Shown here one piece after another: positions 29,306 to 40,070 of a stretch of DNA of 64,000 nucleotides. The first letter of the stretch is position 1. Each line of letters begins with the position of its first letter. The translations under genes and the position numbers were made by a program. The notes below the pieces were generated by a model. The model was not told where the DNA came from. It made no database searches and saw nothing but the letters and a program-made list of their open reading frames with translations. Origin of the DNA: an uncultured Methylomirabilota bacterium (GTDB taxonomy: Bacteria > Methylomirabilota > Methylomirabilia > Methylomirabilales > 2-02-FULL-66-22); NCBI GenBank assembly GCA_963845565.1, contig CAWJSJ010000002.1, positions 864,001 through 928,000 of the forward strand. The letters are read 5' to 3'.

Positions 29306-31114
29306 TCACTTCATGGCGAGCATCTGAAGATGCTCGACGATGGGCCCGAGTGCCAGCGCCGGGATGAACGTGAGCGCGCCGACCAAGATGACGGTGCCGG
29401 CAAGCAGCACGACGAATAGTGGGGTGTGCGTCGGCAGCGTCCCGGCGCCCGGTGGAACGAGCTTCTTCCGAGCGAGCGAACCGGCGATGGCCAGCATGGG
29501 AACGGCCAGCCAGAATCGGGAGAACAGCATGGCCAGGCCGCCGGTCGTGTTGACGAACGGGACGTTGGCGTTGTAGCCGGCGAAGGCGCTTCCGTTGTTG
29601 TTTCCCATGGAAGAGTACGCGTACAGGATCTCGCTGAACCCATGCGCGCCCTTGTCCTGCAGGCTGGTAAGCGCGGATGGGGTCAGAACCGCCACGGCCG
29701 TCCCGACGAGAACGAGCATCGGCGGGATCAGCACGACCAGGGCCGCCATCTTCATCTCATAGGCCTCGATCTTCTTCCCGAGATACTCCGGCGTCCGGCC
29801 CACCATGAGACCGGCCACGAACACGGCGACGATGGCAAAGACCAGCATTCCGTACAGCCCTGAGCCCACACCGCCGTACACGACCTCGCCGAGCTGCATC
29901 AGCCACATGGGCACCAGCCCGCCCAGCGGGGTGTAGGAGTCGTGCATGGAGTTCACCGAGCCGTTGGACGCCGCCGTGGTCGCCGTGGCCCAGAGGGCGG
30001 AGTTGGCAATGCCGAAGCGGACCTCCTTGCCCTCCATGTTCCCGCCGGACTGCAATTCATTGGCCGCGACGTCGAGGCCGGCCTTGGCAAAGGCGGGGTT
30101 GCCTGCCTGCTCGGACCCCACGGACAGGGCCAGGAGTGGCACGAAGATCAGCGTCATCGCCGCCAGGATGGCCCATCCTTGCCGGGTATCCTTCACCATG
30201 ACGCCGAAGGTGTAGCAGAGCGCGGCCGGGATCAGCAGGATCGCCAGCACTTCAAGGAAGTTCGAAAACGGCGTGGCGTTCTCGAAGGGGTGCGACGAGT
30301 TGACGTTGAAGAACCCGCCCCCGTTGGTGCCGAGCTGCTTGATGATGATCTGCGAAGCGGCGGGCCCCACGGCCAGAACCTGCTCCTTCAAGGTGGCCTG
30401 GCGCATCTTGGGCTGACCCTTCTCGTCGAGGACCGGCTGACCCTTCTCGTCGGTCGCCGGCTCCTCGTACGTCGTCGGCTGAAGGACCTCCACCTTGACG
30501 TAGGGCTGGAAGGTCTGCACGACGCCCTGGGACACGAGCAGGATGGCGCCCACGAGGGACAAGGGCAAGAGGATGTACAGAGTGGACCGGACCAGGTCGA
30601 CCCAGAAGTTCCCGATCGTCTGGGCCGTACGTCGGACCAGACCGCGGATGACCGCGACAAGGCACGCCATCCCAGACGCGGCCGAGACGAAGTTCTGCAC
30701 CGTCAGGCCGAGCATCTGCGTGAGGTAGCTCAGCGTCGTCTCGCCCCCATACGATTGCCAGTTGGTGTTGGACGCGAAGCTGGCGGCGGTGTTGAACGCC
30801 AGGTGCGGCGCGACCGCGCCGAGGTTCTCGGGATTCAGCGGGAGGGATCCCTGAACGCGCTGGAGCAGGTACACGGCAAACAGTCCGAGCATGTTGAACG
30901 TCAGCATGGCGAGGGCGTAGCTCTTCCAGGCCATCTCGGCGTCCGGGCGGACTCCCGCCAGGCGATACAGGATCCGCTCGACCGGGCCCAAAATGCGGCC
31001 AAGGAAGATTGCCTGATTCTCGTACACCCGCGCCATGTACGCCCCGAGGGGCTTGGCGAGGGCCAGCAGCACGACCAGGTAGAGCGTCAACTGGAGGTAG
31101 CCATTCGCAGTCAT
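29306..31114 (-). CDS. kdpA: K+-transporting ATPase subunit A
   Basis: [28 protein letters not shown] and NNNGSAFAG. Confidence 0.98.
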   Translation of the reverse strand: MTANGYLQLTLYLVVLLALAKPLGAYMARVYENQAIFLGRILGPVERILYRLAGVRPDAEMAWKSYALAMLTFNMLGLFAVYLLQRVQGSLPLNPENLGAVAPHLAFNTAASFASNTNWQSYGGETTLSYLTQMLGLTVQNFVSAASGMACLVAVIRGLVRRTAQTIGNFWVDLVRSTLYILLPLSLVGAILLVSQGVVQTFQPYVKVEVLQPTTYEEPATDEKGQPVLDEKGQPKMRQATLKEQVLAVGPAASQIIIKQLGTNGGGFFNVNSSHPFENATPFSNFLEVLAILLIPAALCYTFGVMVKDTRQGWAILAAMTLIFVPLLALSVGSEQAGNPAFAKAGLDVAANELQSGGNMEGKEVRFGIANSALWATATTAASNGSVNSMHDSYTPLGGLVPMWLMQLGEVVYGGVGSGLYGMLVFAIVAVFVAGLMVGRTPEYLGKKIEAYEMKMAALVVLIPPMLVLVGTAVAVLTPSALTSLQDKGAHGFSEILYAYSSMGNNNGSAFAGYNANVPFVNTTGGLAMLFSRFWLAVPMLAIAGSLARKKLVPPGAGTLPTHTPLFVVLLAGTVILVGALTFIPALALGPIVEHLQMLAMK

Positions 31115-31200
31115 GAGAATGCCTCCGGCTTCAACATCGCCACGAGCAGATAGACGAACAGTCCCACGGCAACAATCCCTCCGAGCACATAGAGTCCCAT
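31111..31200 (-). CDS. kdpF: K+-transporting ATPase subunit F (29 aa; below ORF-track cutoff)
   Basis: [29 protein letters not shown], with the YL..A.L.PE.F signature. RBS GGAG; ATGA overlap with kdpA. Confidence 0.9.
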   Translation of the reverse strand: MGLYVLGGIVAVGLFVYLLVAMLKPEAFS

Positions 31201-31213
31201 GGCAGTGTCTCCA

Positions 31214-31297
31214 CTACAGGCGGTCGCAGAACTCCACGAGCGCCCACGATAGGCCGAAGAAGATCAGGGTGATTCCAACGAAGATCACATCGCTCAT
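31214..31297 (-). CDS. Small hydrophobic kdp-associated peptide (27 aa, KdpZ-like)
   Basis: MSDVIFVGITLIFFGLSWALVEFCDRL*; RBS GGAG; ATGA overlap with the upstream ORF; directly precedes kdpF. Confidence 0.75.
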   Translation of the reverse strand: MSDVIFVGITLIFFGLSWALVEFCDRL

Positions 31298-31656
31298 TGG
31301 CCTACTCCCCGAGCCGACCCAGGGTTGGGGGCCTCTTCCCCGGGTCGCATCCACTCCTCTGCCTCGGCATGCACGAGGCTCCATTGGTTCGTCTTGACCC
31401 ACAACCGAACCAGTACGAGGCACCCCAGGACGGCCGTGAGATCCGCGAGGATGCGCACAGGGCCCTCCGGAACGATGACTTCTAGGGCGAACAGCGCCAA
31501 CCCGGTCACGAGTGCGATCGCGTATAGCATCGACCAGGATGGCCGTGGTCGTTCACGTATCGTGTCGCATGTCGGACGGGCGCCCCGGATGGCCCTCAGG
31601 GCCACAGGTCGCGGGGCGGTAGGAAACGTTCCCTCGTATATCCGTGTTCGAGCCAT
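31294..31656 (-). CDS. Hypothetical 2-TM membrane protein, first gene of kdp operon (paralog of 40071-40508)
   Basis: RBS GGAGGAG. RPRPSWSMLY, then two hydrophobic helices, then WVKTNQWSL. Coupled to the next gene. Confidence 0.7.
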   Translation of the reverse strand: MARTRIYEGTFPTAPRPVALRAIRGARPTCDTIRERPRPSWSMLYAIALVTGLALFALEVIVPEGPVRILADLTAVLGCLVLVRLWVKTNQWSLVHAEAEEWMRPGEEAPNPGSARGVGQ

Positions 31657-31690
31657 GATCGTCTCCTCCCTTGGCTGCTCCGCTATGGAG

Positions 31691-31768
31691 ACGATAGGCT
31701 CCCGGGTCCCGTCGTTCAACCCAAGATGGCGTCAAGAACGAGGGGCGCCAAGTCAAGGAGATGTCAAG
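31691..31768 (-). promoter_or_regulatory. Promoter with four putative KdpE direct-repeat boxes (kdp operon)
   Basis: Minus: CTTGAC-5-CTTGAC-15-CTTGAC-5-CTTGGG-TTGAAC-17-TATCGT. Confidence 0.72.
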
Positions 31769-31837
31769 AGATGGGAGGGGAAACGCGCCAGGGCAAGACC
31801 GGAGGAAGAACGTCGAGTGGGACAACGGCTGCAGGCG

Positions 31838-32482
31838 TTAATCTCCCAACTTTTCGATCTTGTCCGCCCGCCCGAGGGCAACCAGGATATCCCCCCGCTC
31901 CAGCACGAAGGACGCGTCGGGAGAGACAACCACCCCCTCGCCTCGGCGGACGGCGAGGATGGTCATTGAGTAGCGCTGTCGCAGTTGCAAATCGATGAGG
32001 CTGCGGTCGAGGAGCTGCGCTGGGGCCTGGAGCTCGAAGATGCTGTAGTCGGACGATAGCTGGATTTCGTCGATGATGCTTCGCGAGAGCAGAGTGTGCG
32101 CCAGACGCACTCCCATATCCCGTTCGGGAAACACCACGGTGTCGACTCCGACTTTCTGGAGGACCTTGCCGTGCAGTTCGTCCTGCGCCTTGGCGACGAT
32201 CTTGGGGACCCCCATTTCCCTGAGCAGGACCGTGACCAGGATGCTCGCCTTGATTTCGTGGCCAATGGCGACGACAACCGCCTCGAAATTTCGGAGGCCC
32301 AGGGACTTCAAGGCGCCCTCATCCAGGGCGTCAATCTGGACGGCTTCGGTGACCTCCTCGACGATCGCCTTCACCCGCTCGGCGTCGACGTCAACCGCCA
32401 GCACCTCGCATCCCGATTGGGCGAGGGTCCGAGCTACGCTCGATCCGAACCGGCCCAGCCCGATCACGGCCACCTGACGCAT
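31838..32482 (-). CDS. ktrA: Ktr K+ uptake system regulatory (RCK) subunit
   Basis: GLGRFG, VVAIG, AKAQ, VVFPERDMG and a C-terminal RCK_C domain. Confidence 0.9.
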   Translation of the reverse strand: MRQVAVIGLGRFGSSVARTLAQSGCEVLAVDVDAERVKAIVEEVTEAVQIDALDEGALKSLGLRNFEAVVVAIGHEIKASILVTVLLREMGVPKIVAKAQDELHGKVLQKVGVDTVVFPERDMGVRLAHTLLSRSIIDEIQLSSDYSIFELQAPAQLLDRSLIDLQLRQRYSMTILAVRRGEGVVVSPDASFVLERGDILVALGRADKIEKLGD

Positions 32483-32492
32483 GAGGACCTCC

Positions 32493-33869
32493 TTAGCCGA
32501 TGAGAACCTTGTCGTCCACGTGCCTCACGCCGTTCTTCGGCTTCCGGGACTGCGCGAGGGCAAACACCAGAGTGAGCGGGCCCACGCGACCGGCATACAT
32601 GGTGAGGATGATGAGCCCCTGCCCAAGGGCCGAAAGCTTCGGGGTGATGCCCATGGACAGCCCGACGGTTCCGAAGGCCGAGACGGTTTCAAATAGCACG
32701 GTGAGGAATTCCGCTTCTTCGGTCAGGCAGAGGAGCAGGGTGACGAGAACGATCAAGCCACCCGACACGAACGTCACCACGAACGCACGGTTCACCTGCT
32801 CGACCGGTATGCGCCGACCCAGGATCACCACGTCCTCCCGACCTCGGCCCTGCGACCACACCGCCGCCGCGAGCAGCCCGAATGTCGTCGTCTTGATGCC
32901 GCCACCAGTCGAGCCGGGCGAGGCACCGATGAACATCAATAAGACGATCAGAAACTGCGTGGCCGGGCGCAGGCCGGCGGTATCCAGCGTGTTGAAACCG
33001 GCAGTCCGGGGGGTCGTGGCCGTGAAGTAGGCCCCGAGGAGTTTTCCAGGATCGTTCAGGGTGGCGAGCGTGTTTGACCATTCGAGCAGGAGCAGGATCG
33101 CCGTCCCCGCGGCGATCAATACCGCTGTGACTCTGATGGCCAGGCGGGCATGAGTCGTAAGCCGGCGTTCCCGCCACTCCCACAAGTTCAGGACAACCGA
33201 GAAACCGATGCCCCCGAGAATGAATAGGCAGCTGATGGTCAACACCACGATCGCGTCATTGACATATCCGGTCAAGCTCCGGAACTCCCCCATGAGATCG
33301 AAGCCCGCGTTGTTGAATGCCGAGACTGTATGGAACACGCCGAACCAGAGCGCACGGGGCCAGCCGAAGTCCGGAAGCCAGCGCAGGGTGAGGACTACGG
33401 CGAAGACGGCTTCGGCGCTGAAAGCGTAGATCAACACGGCTCGAACGAGGCGTACTACCCCCGAGACATCGACCTGATTGAGGCTCTCCCGGATGAGGAT
33501 GCGCTCTCGCAAACCGATCCGCTTTCCCATCAGCAGAAAGAGAAAGGAGGCCATCGTCATGAAGCTCAGGCCGCCAGTCTGTATGAGAATCATGATGATG
33601 ATCTGCCCCCACAAAGAATAGTGCGTGCCTGTGTCCACCACCACCAGTCCGGTCACGCAGACGGCCGATGTCGCCGTGAATAGGGCCGTGAGGAAGTCCG
33701 TGGGCTCACCGGAAGCCGAGGCAAACGGAAGCATGAGGAGAAGGCCGCCGGTCAGAATTACGCCGGCAAAGCCCAAGGCGAGGACCTTCGGAGGCGTCAG
33801 GTCGGCCGTCAACCGTCGGAGACGGCCCCTTGCCAGCCCGCCTTCAGCGTCAACCGCAAGCTCGATCAT
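32493..33869 (-). CDS. ktrB: Ktr/TrkH family K+ uptake membrane subunit
   Basis: FTATSAVCVTGL, SAFNNAGF, RTAGFN, GSTGGGIK and SAFGTVGLS. Alternative start at 33881. Confidence 0.92.
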   Translation of the reverse strand: MIELAVDAEGGLARGRLRRLTADLTPPKVLALGFAGVILTGGLLLMLPFASASGEPTDFLTALFTATSAVCVTGLVVVDTGTHYSLWGQIIIMILIQTGGLSFMTMASFLFLLMGKRIGLRERILIRESLNQVDVSGVVRLVRAVLIYAFSAEAVFAVVLTLRWLPDFGWPRALWFGVFHTVSAFNNAGFDLMGEFRSLTGYVNDAIVVLTISCLFILGGIGFSVVLNLWEWRERRLTTHARLAIRVTAVLIAAGTAILLLLEWSNTLATLNDPGKLLGAYFTATTPRTAGFNTLDTAGLRPATQFLIVLLMFIGASPGSTGGGIKTTTFGLLAAAVWSQGRGREDVVILGRRIPVEQVNRAFVVTFVSGGLIVLVTLLLCLTEEAEFLTVLFETVSAFGTVGLSMGITPKLSALGQGLIILTMYAGRVGPLTLVFALAQSRKPKNGVRHVDDKVLIG

Positions 33870-33974
33870 GGCGCATGGCACCTCACGCGGGCATCCTCCA
33901 TTTCCCTCTGAAGCGGCGGGAAGGGTTGAACGGCGGGCCGTGTGCGGGTAGGCATCCCAAACGACAGCGAGAGA

Positions 33975-34370
33975 TCAGCCCGCGTTGTTGAAACGTCCGG
34001 CACGCTGCGGGGTCTGTTCGCGGAGGAAGTGAAACCGAGCGATCTCCCACCGCCCCAAGTCCCTGATTTCCGGGGGCAGTTGGACCCGCTGGCAGACGGG
34101 ACTTGAGAATTCGGGGTACAAGGCCGACGACAGCTGCGTCACGAATTCGCCGGAACGCCCCCAGAGATTCAGCCGAATCTGTAACGGCCCAACCTTCTCT
34201 TGTCGCATGAGTTGTGCGCAGACGTCGAAAGTAACCCGCTGGTTCCGGTCCAAGACTTGTTTGGCTTTCACCGAGACCAAGCCATCGCTGTACTGCTGGT
34301 AGCTCTGTCCAGCGGCGTGCGACGAAACCGCGGCGAGAATGCATAAGGACAGGAAAACCACGCGTATCAT
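33975..34370 (-). CDS. Hypothetical exported protein (signal peptide, 2 Cys in mature part)
   Basis: RBS GAGGT; MIRVVFLSLCILAAVSSHA signal; lies between a strong promoter and ktrB. Confidence 0.65.
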   Translation of the reverse strand: MIRVVFLSLCILAAVSSHAAGQSYQQYSDGLVSVKAKQVLDRNQRVTFDVCAQLMRQEKVGPLQIRLNLWGRSGEFVTQLSSALYPEFSSPVCQRVQLPPEIRDLGRWEIARFHFLREQTPQRAGRFNNAG

Positions 34371-34392
34371 CTGCAACACCTCTATTGTCTTA

Positions 34393-34470
34393 AATATAGG
34401 AGCGAGGATAGGGCGGGTCAATTCAAGAAGGCGTCAATTATCGGGGGCTCGGTATCAAGAAAGTGTAGGG
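34393..34470 (-). promoter_or_regulatory. Promoter with four putative KdpE boxes (hypothetical-ktrBA unit)
   Basis: Minus: CCCTAC-5-CTTGAT-15-ATTGAC-5-CTTGAA-TTGACC-17-TATATT. Confidence 0.7.
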
Positions 34471-34533
34471 GCAAAGGGGCAAGGGAGAGGGGGCGTTTGG
34501 AAAACGGGAAAGGCAATTGGGGAGAGGACAAGA

Positions 34534-34562
34534 ACGGCCTCAGAGGGGTACTCCGAGGCCGT
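34534..34562 (-). terminator. Hairpin downstream of kimA copy 2
   Basis: acggcctc ... gaggccgt stem, followed on the minus strand by TCTTGT. Similar to the hairpin at 43972-43997. Confidence 0.5.
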
Positions 34563-34584
34563 CTCTCTCCTGCAATGGTTCGGT

Positions 34585-36399
34585 CTATTGATCGAGGTGG
34601 TAGGGGATGCTGATCGCGATTTTCCCACGGCGGAAAAGTATCGCGGTCTTGAGGAGGAGAGCCGTCTGATTATGGAGCAGGTGTTGCCACCACTTGGCCG
34701 GCAGAAACTCCGGTAAGATGATCGTCATGTAATCGCCGTCTCGCTGTTTCTCCATCCTGTCAATGTACTGGAGGACCGGTTGCAGGACGGAGCGATACGG
34801 GGATTCCAGAACCACCAACGGCACGTCCGGCGCCCATTCCTGCCACTGCTGCTGGAGTCGGGAGGTCGCAGTGTCATCGAGGTCTACGGTGATGGCGGTG
34901 ACGTTCGGCGACAAGGCCTTGGCATACGTCAGGGCGGTGACGACTCCGCGGTGCAGGCCCCCGACCAGGACGACAACAGGATGACGTCCGATCTTGGGCG
35001 GCACGAACCCTCGAAGGGTAAGCTGTCCGCGGAGGCTGTCGTAGTGGCGTCGGATCGTGTAGAACCCCAGGATCATCAGCGGGGTGATGACGACAACGAT
35101 CCAGGCACCGTGAGTGAATTTGGTAAAGGCGATTACCACCACCACGATCCCGGTTGCCACGGCGCCCATGGCGTTGACGAATGCAGAGACCTGCCAACGA
35201 ACGCCTCGTCTCTTTCCACCAATGTCTCACCATGCCGGTCTGGGAGAGGGTAAACGCCGTGAAGACGCCGATGGCATAGAGAGGGATAAGGGCGTGCGTG
35301 CTTCCGCCGAAAATCACCAGGAGCAGGCAAGACAGTCCGGCCAAGATGAGGATGCCGTTGCTGAAGACCAGACGATCGCCACGATTCGCGAATTGCCGAG
35401 GGAGAAAACGGTCCTTGGCCATGATGGAGGCCAGCATGGGGAATCCGGCGAAACTGGTATTCACCGCCAGGAGGAGAATCACGGCCGTCGCGGCCTGGAT
35501 CATGTAATAGATCCAACCCCGACCAAACAGTTCACGGGTAAGCATCGAGACCACGGTCTCGTCCGCTCGAGGCACGATGTGATAGTGGTGGGCCAGAAAG
35601 GTGACTCCCAGAGAAGGAGAGGGCGAGAATCGAGGCCATCCAGATCAAGGTGATACCGGCGTTACGAGACTCTGGGGGGCGGAAATACTGCACCCCGTTG
35701 GCGACCGCTTCGGTCCCCGTCAGGGCCGCGCAACCGCCCGAGAAGGCCCGAAGAATGAGGAAGAGGGTGATCGGTTCCTGGGCGGACACGATCTCAGGCG
35801 GCGGCGGCGGCCCCTTGGGTGAGCAGGTGATAGAAGCCGCCGCCCAACAAGAGCGCGAGGCACCCGATGAACCAGTAGGTTGGGACCGCAAATATCTTGC
35901 CCGTTTCGCGGATTCCACGAAGGTTGGCGACCGTCACGAGCAGGACGAATGCCACGCAGATAGCGACCCGGTGCGGAAAGAGTGACGGGAATGCGGACGT
36001 GATGGCAGCGACGCCCGAGGCGGTGCTCACGGCGACCGTGAGTACGTAATCCACCAGAAGGGCTGCCCCCGCGATCAAGCCCGGCAGAGCGCCGAGGTTG
36101 TCCGTGGCGACGACATAGGCCCCACCGCCGGAAGGGTAGGCGTGAATGGTCTGCCAGTAGGAACTGGCAACCATGGCGGCGAGGAGTCCAATGGAAATCC
36201 CGATGGGAGGTGAATACTGCAGGGCGACCGTTCCGCCAAGGATAAGGACGAGGAGGATCTCCTCCGTAGCATAGGCAACAGAGGACATCATGTCCGAGGC
36301 GAAGATGGCGAGAGCAGAGATCTTGCCCAGGCGCTCGTGCTTGGCTTGCGCCGTAGCCATCGGACTTCCAAGGAGCAGTCTTTTCAGTGTTTGGGGCAT
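34585..36399 (-). CDS. kimA: KimA-like potassium importer, copy 2 (several frameshifts near 35805, 35610, 35205)
   Basis: ORF fragments 35794-36399, 35532-35918, 34874-35575 and 34585-35169 tile a full-length paralog of 21092-22903. Confidence 0.8.
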
Positions 36400-36505
36400 G
36401 ACACTCCTGCGTTCAGAGGAATCGTGTTCGGAGTATTGCCATCGTGCGGCCGCTTCAACCTAACCTGTGCTGCTTGGAGACCCGCGGCGCCATGGGACGC
36501 AACGC

Positions 36506-37237
36506 CTATTCTGCGGCAAGCCGGTAACCGACTCCCGGCTCGGTGAGCACGTAGCGCGGCCGGGCGGGATCGGCCTCGAGTTTACGGCGGAGCTGGGCGG
36601 TGTAGACCCGGAGGTAGTGAGCCTGTTCCGTGTAGGTCGGCCCCCAGACCTCATTGAGCAACTGGTGGTGTGTCAGGAGCTTTCCGGCGTGCCGGACCAA
36701 AGTCGCCAGCAGTCGGTACTCGATGGGCGTCAGGTGGACCGGTTGCCCCGCGACGGCAACTTGCCGCTGCGCCAGGTCCACCTGCAGGTCCCCGACAGAG
36801 AACTTAGACTCACCGGGATCGCCGGTTCCACGCGCTGCGTGTCGCAGGGCCACGCGCATGCGCGCCAATAGCTCCCCGACCCCGAAAGGCTTCGCCACAT
36901 AGTCGTCCGCGCCCGCGTCCAGCGCGGCGATCTTGTCTCGTTCCTGGCCACGTGCAGAGAGCACGATGATGGGGATTGCGCTCCATTCGCGCACTCGTCG
37001 GATGACGTCGAGCCCGTCCATATCCGGGAGGCCAAGGTCGAGGATGATGGCCTCGGGCTGCCGGGTCGCGGCTGCCGCCACGCCCTCCTCGCCTGTGGCC
37101 ACGTCAATCAGCTTGAAACCCTGCGCATCCAGGGCGGCGCGGAGGAATCGCCGAATCTGCGGCTCGTCCTCGATGAGTAGTATCACCGGACGTGGTGTGG
37201 GCTCTCCAAGGGACGGATCGGACGGGGGGCTACCCAT
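36506..37237 (-). CDS. kdpE: Response regulator KdpE, copy 2
   Basis: Receiver and winged-helix motifs nearly identical to copy 1; overlaps the kdpD2 stop. Confidence 0.92.
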   Translation of the reverse strand: MGSPPSDPSLGEPTPRPVILLIEDEPQIRRFLRAALDAQGFKLIDVATGEEGVAAAATRQPEAIILDLGLPDMDGLDVIRRVREWSAIPIIVLSARGQERDKIAALDAGADDYVAKPFGVGELLARMRVALRHAARGTGDPGESKFSVGDLQVDLAQRQVAVAGQPVHLTPIEYRLLATLVRHAGKLLTHHQLLNEVWGPTYTEQAHYLRVYTAQLRRKLEADPARPRYVLTEPGVGYRLAAE

Positions 37238-39926
37238 CAGAATGCTCCATGTCCGGCGGCCTTCCGGTGATGGGAACAGTAAACCGAAAGGACGCACCGC
37301 CGCCTGAGCGGTTTTCAGCCCAGATGCGCCCTCCGTGGGCCTCGACGATGCCGCGGCAGATGGCAAGGCCTAGGCCGGCACCGCGGGAGGTGCTCGAGCG
37401 ACCGCGGTAGAACTTTTCGAATAGGCGCGCCTCATCTCCCGGCGGGAGCCCTGTCCCGCGGTCAGCCACGTCCACGGTCACCATACCCTCGCCCACCCGC
37501 GCGGTCAACTCGATCGCACTTCCGGCGGGGGTGTATTTGACCGCGTTCTCCAGAAGATTGATCAATACCTGCTCGATCAGAACGTCGTCGATGGGAACCA
37601 GTGGAAGATCCTGCGGTACCCGCGTCGCCACCGGCCGCCCCCTCAGCGGCTTCTCCATACGGCCCAAGGCGGCCCCGATCACCTCCTCGAGAGGATGCCA
37701 TTGCTTGGAAACCTGGAGGGCCCCCGACTGGAGACGGGTCATGTCCAGCAGGTTGCGAACCAAGCGATTGAGACGCTCTGCCTCTTCGTAGAGGGTTTCC
37801 AGAAGCACCTTTCGCGTGGCAGAATCGAGGAATGCTTCTCCTTCCAGCAGACCACTCGCCGTTCCGGTGATCGACGCCAGGGGAGTCCGCAGGTCGTGCG
37901 AGACCGAACTCAAGAGAGAGCTGCGCATGGACTCGGTCTCCACGCGAACCTGCGCTTGCTGGGCTTCGGTTGCTAACTGGGCGCGTTCGAGGGCCAAGGC
38001 CACCTGGCTGCAGAAGGTCTCAAGTTCGTGCACCTGTTCAGGCGCCTCCATGAGTTGGGGGGTGTCGGGGCGGAGGATCAGTACGCCCAACGTGCCGCGA
38101 GAGGCGGTGAGTGGAAGGCACAGGACCTCCGCTTCCGGTGAGGTTCCGGTGCCCAATCCCGCTGGCTGTTGATGGAGATACACCCATCGACTCAAGTCCA
38201 GTTCCCGAGATCCAGGTCCAAAGAGGCCCTCCCCGACGGGTTCAGGGCGCAAACCCCCTTTGGCGTCTGGAAACATGACCGCGACCTGGCCGCGAAATAC
38301 CTCTCGGATATGTCGGGCCGAGACTTTCAGGATGCCCGGCACCTCCCGAGCACTCGCCAGGTCGCGACTCATGGCGTAAAGGGCCGCCGTGCGGCGTTCC
38401 CGTTGTCGGGCGGATTCGGCGAGCCAGCGAATTCGCACGGTCAAGCCGCTGATCACCAGGGCCACAATGAACATTGCCCCAAAGGTCAACAGGTCCTGCG
38501 TTTCCGCAACGGCAAACGTGAAGTAGGGGGGAACGAAGAAGAAGTCGAAGGCGCCCACGCTCAGAATGCAGCCGAGGATGGACGGACCCGGTCCGGAACG
38601 CGCTGCGACCGCGACGACTCCCAGCAGGTACACGAGCACTAAGGTTGAATGCGCGATGTAGGGGAAGATGAACAGGCTTATCGCGGTGCAGATCCCAACC
38701 ATCACGAACGGCCGCCCGTAATCTATCCAGCGCGCACCTCGCTTCCGCGGTGGACTCACGTATGGAAGGTGGGAAGGCTCCTCGCCGCTGATCACGTACA
38801 CGTCTGTCTCGCCACTCCCTCGAATGAGGGCATCGGCAATCGACCCAAAGAACAGGCGTTGCCAAGCGGGTTGGACGGGCTTCCCGACGACGATCTTGCT
38901 CACGTTCCGGGTCCGCGCGAATGCCAAGACCTCCTCCGGGACCCGTTCCCCGCTCAACACGCGCGTCTCCGCACCCAACTGTTCGGCCAGCCGAAGCGTG
39001 TCGGCGATACGAACGCGCCCTGATTCCCCCAGCCCTTGGTACCACGGCGTTTCCACAAATACGACCAACCATTCTGCCCGGAGAGCATCCGCCAAGCGTT
39101 TAGCTGCCCGGACAACTCTAGCCGCGTGCGGGCTGGGGCTGATGCAGGCCAGAACCCGTTCGGTTACAGGCCAGGTGGTCTGGATAGCCTGGTCGCGCAT
39201 GTAGCGGCGCATCCGGCCGTCAACATGATCGGCTGTCCGCCGCAGAGCCAACTCGCGGAGCGCCATCAGGTTGCCCGGTCGGAAAAGGAGACGGTCTCGC
39301 TCCGACTCGCGCCCCGGAAGATGGACCTTTCCCTCGGCAAGTCGCTCGAGTAACTCCGCAGGAGTCAGATCGATCAGTACTATCTCATCCGCCTGCTCGA
39401 CAATACGATCCGGGACCGTCTCCTCTACAATAACGTCCGTGACTCGATACGCGACATCCTTCAAACTTTCGATCTCGTAAACATTGAGCGTGGTAAACAC
39501 CGAGATCCCGACGCCGAGCAATTCCTCGACGTCTTGCCATCGTCTTGGGTGGCGAGAGACCGCAGGGTTGGGGCGAGCAAGCTCGTCTACGATCAAAAGG
39601 GACGGGCGGCGGGCAAGGGCGGCGTCCAGATCAAGCGAGTCGGAAACTTCCCCACCGGAAATGGGAGACGGGCGATGAGGGAGGCGTTCCATTTCGTCCA
39701 GGAGACGATCGGTTTCCGGACGGCCGTGGGTATTGGCTGCCCCAACCACGACATCCGCTCCTGCCACCTGTCGCCGCCGTGCTGCCTGCAGCATGGCGAA
39801 CGTCTTTCCCGTGCCGGGAGCCGCCCCCAAGAATACGACGAGCTTTCCCCTTCCCGGTGCCGGTGTGTTCCCCGCCTCCTTCCGGGGGTCCCGATTGGCC
39901 TGCAGCGCCTGAGGTGTGATCGACAC
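37230..39926 (-). CDS. kdpD: Sensor histidine kinase KdpD, copy 2 (divergent N-terminal domain)
   Basis: GTG start after AGGAAGGGAG. GAAPGTGKT, DELARPN, USP, 4 TM, GAF and SHDLRTPL. Confidence 0.92.
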   Translation of the reverse strand: MSITPQALQANRDPRKEAGNTPAPGRGKLVVFLGAAPGTGKTFAMLQAARRRQVAGADVVVGAANTHGRPETDRLLDEMERLPHRPSPISGGEVSDSLDLDAALARRPSLLIVDELARPNPAVSRHPRRWQDVEELLGVGISVFTTLNVYEIESLKDVAYRVTDVIVEETVPDRIVEQADEIVLIDLTPAELLERLAEGKVHLPGRESERDRLLFRPGNLMALRELALRRTADHVDGRMRRYMRDQAIQTTWPVTERVLACISPSPHAARVVRAAKRLADALRAEWLVVFVETPWYQGLGESGRVRIADTLRLAEQLGAETRVLSGERVPEEVLAFARTRNVSKIVVGKPVQPAWQRLFFGSIADALIRGSGETDVYVISGEEPSHLPYVSPPRKRGARWIDYGRPFVMVGICTAISLFIFPYIAHSTLVLVYLLGVVAVAARSGPGPSILGCILSVGAFDFFFVPPYFTFAVAETQDLLTFGAMFIVALVISGLTVRIRWLAESARQRERRTAALYAMSRDLASAREVPGILKVSARHIREVFRGQVAVMFPDAKGGLRPEPVGEGLFGPGSRELDLSRWVYLHQQPAGLGTGTSPEAEVLCLPLTASRGTLGVLILRPDTPQLMEAPEQVHELETFCSQVALALERAQLATEAQQAQVRVETESMRSSLLSSVSHDLRTPLASITGTASGLLEGEAFLDSATRKVLLETLYEEAERLNRLVRNLLDMTRLQSGALQVSKQWHPLEEVIGAALGRMEKPLRGRPVATRVPQDLPLVPIDDVLIEQVLINLLENAVKYTPAGSAIELTARVGEGMVTVDVADRGTGLPPGDEARLFEKFYRGRSSTSRGAGLGLAICRGIVEAHGGRIWAENRSGGGASFRFTVPITGRPPDMEHSDG

Positions 39927-39951
39927 GTCGCTCCCTTCCTGGGCAACTTGG

Positions 39952-39980
39952 AGTATACAGAGGCGAGCCAAGGGCCGCAA
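39952..39980 (-). promoter_or_regulatory. Sigma70-type promoter for kdpD2
   Basis: Minus TTGCGG-17-TATACT. Confidence 0.5.
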
Positions 39981-40070
39981 GACAGTCAGGGGCAGTTAGG
40001 GAGGATGGAGAAGAAGATGCGCCGCTGGCAAGTCATAAGCGTTGGCGAAGGAGAGAACGAGACCTGTCGG

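Noticed and set aside
30408..30455. DEKGQP duplication in KdpA
   Set aside because: It is a short loop insertion of a kind seen in many KdpA proteins, not a mobile or novel element.
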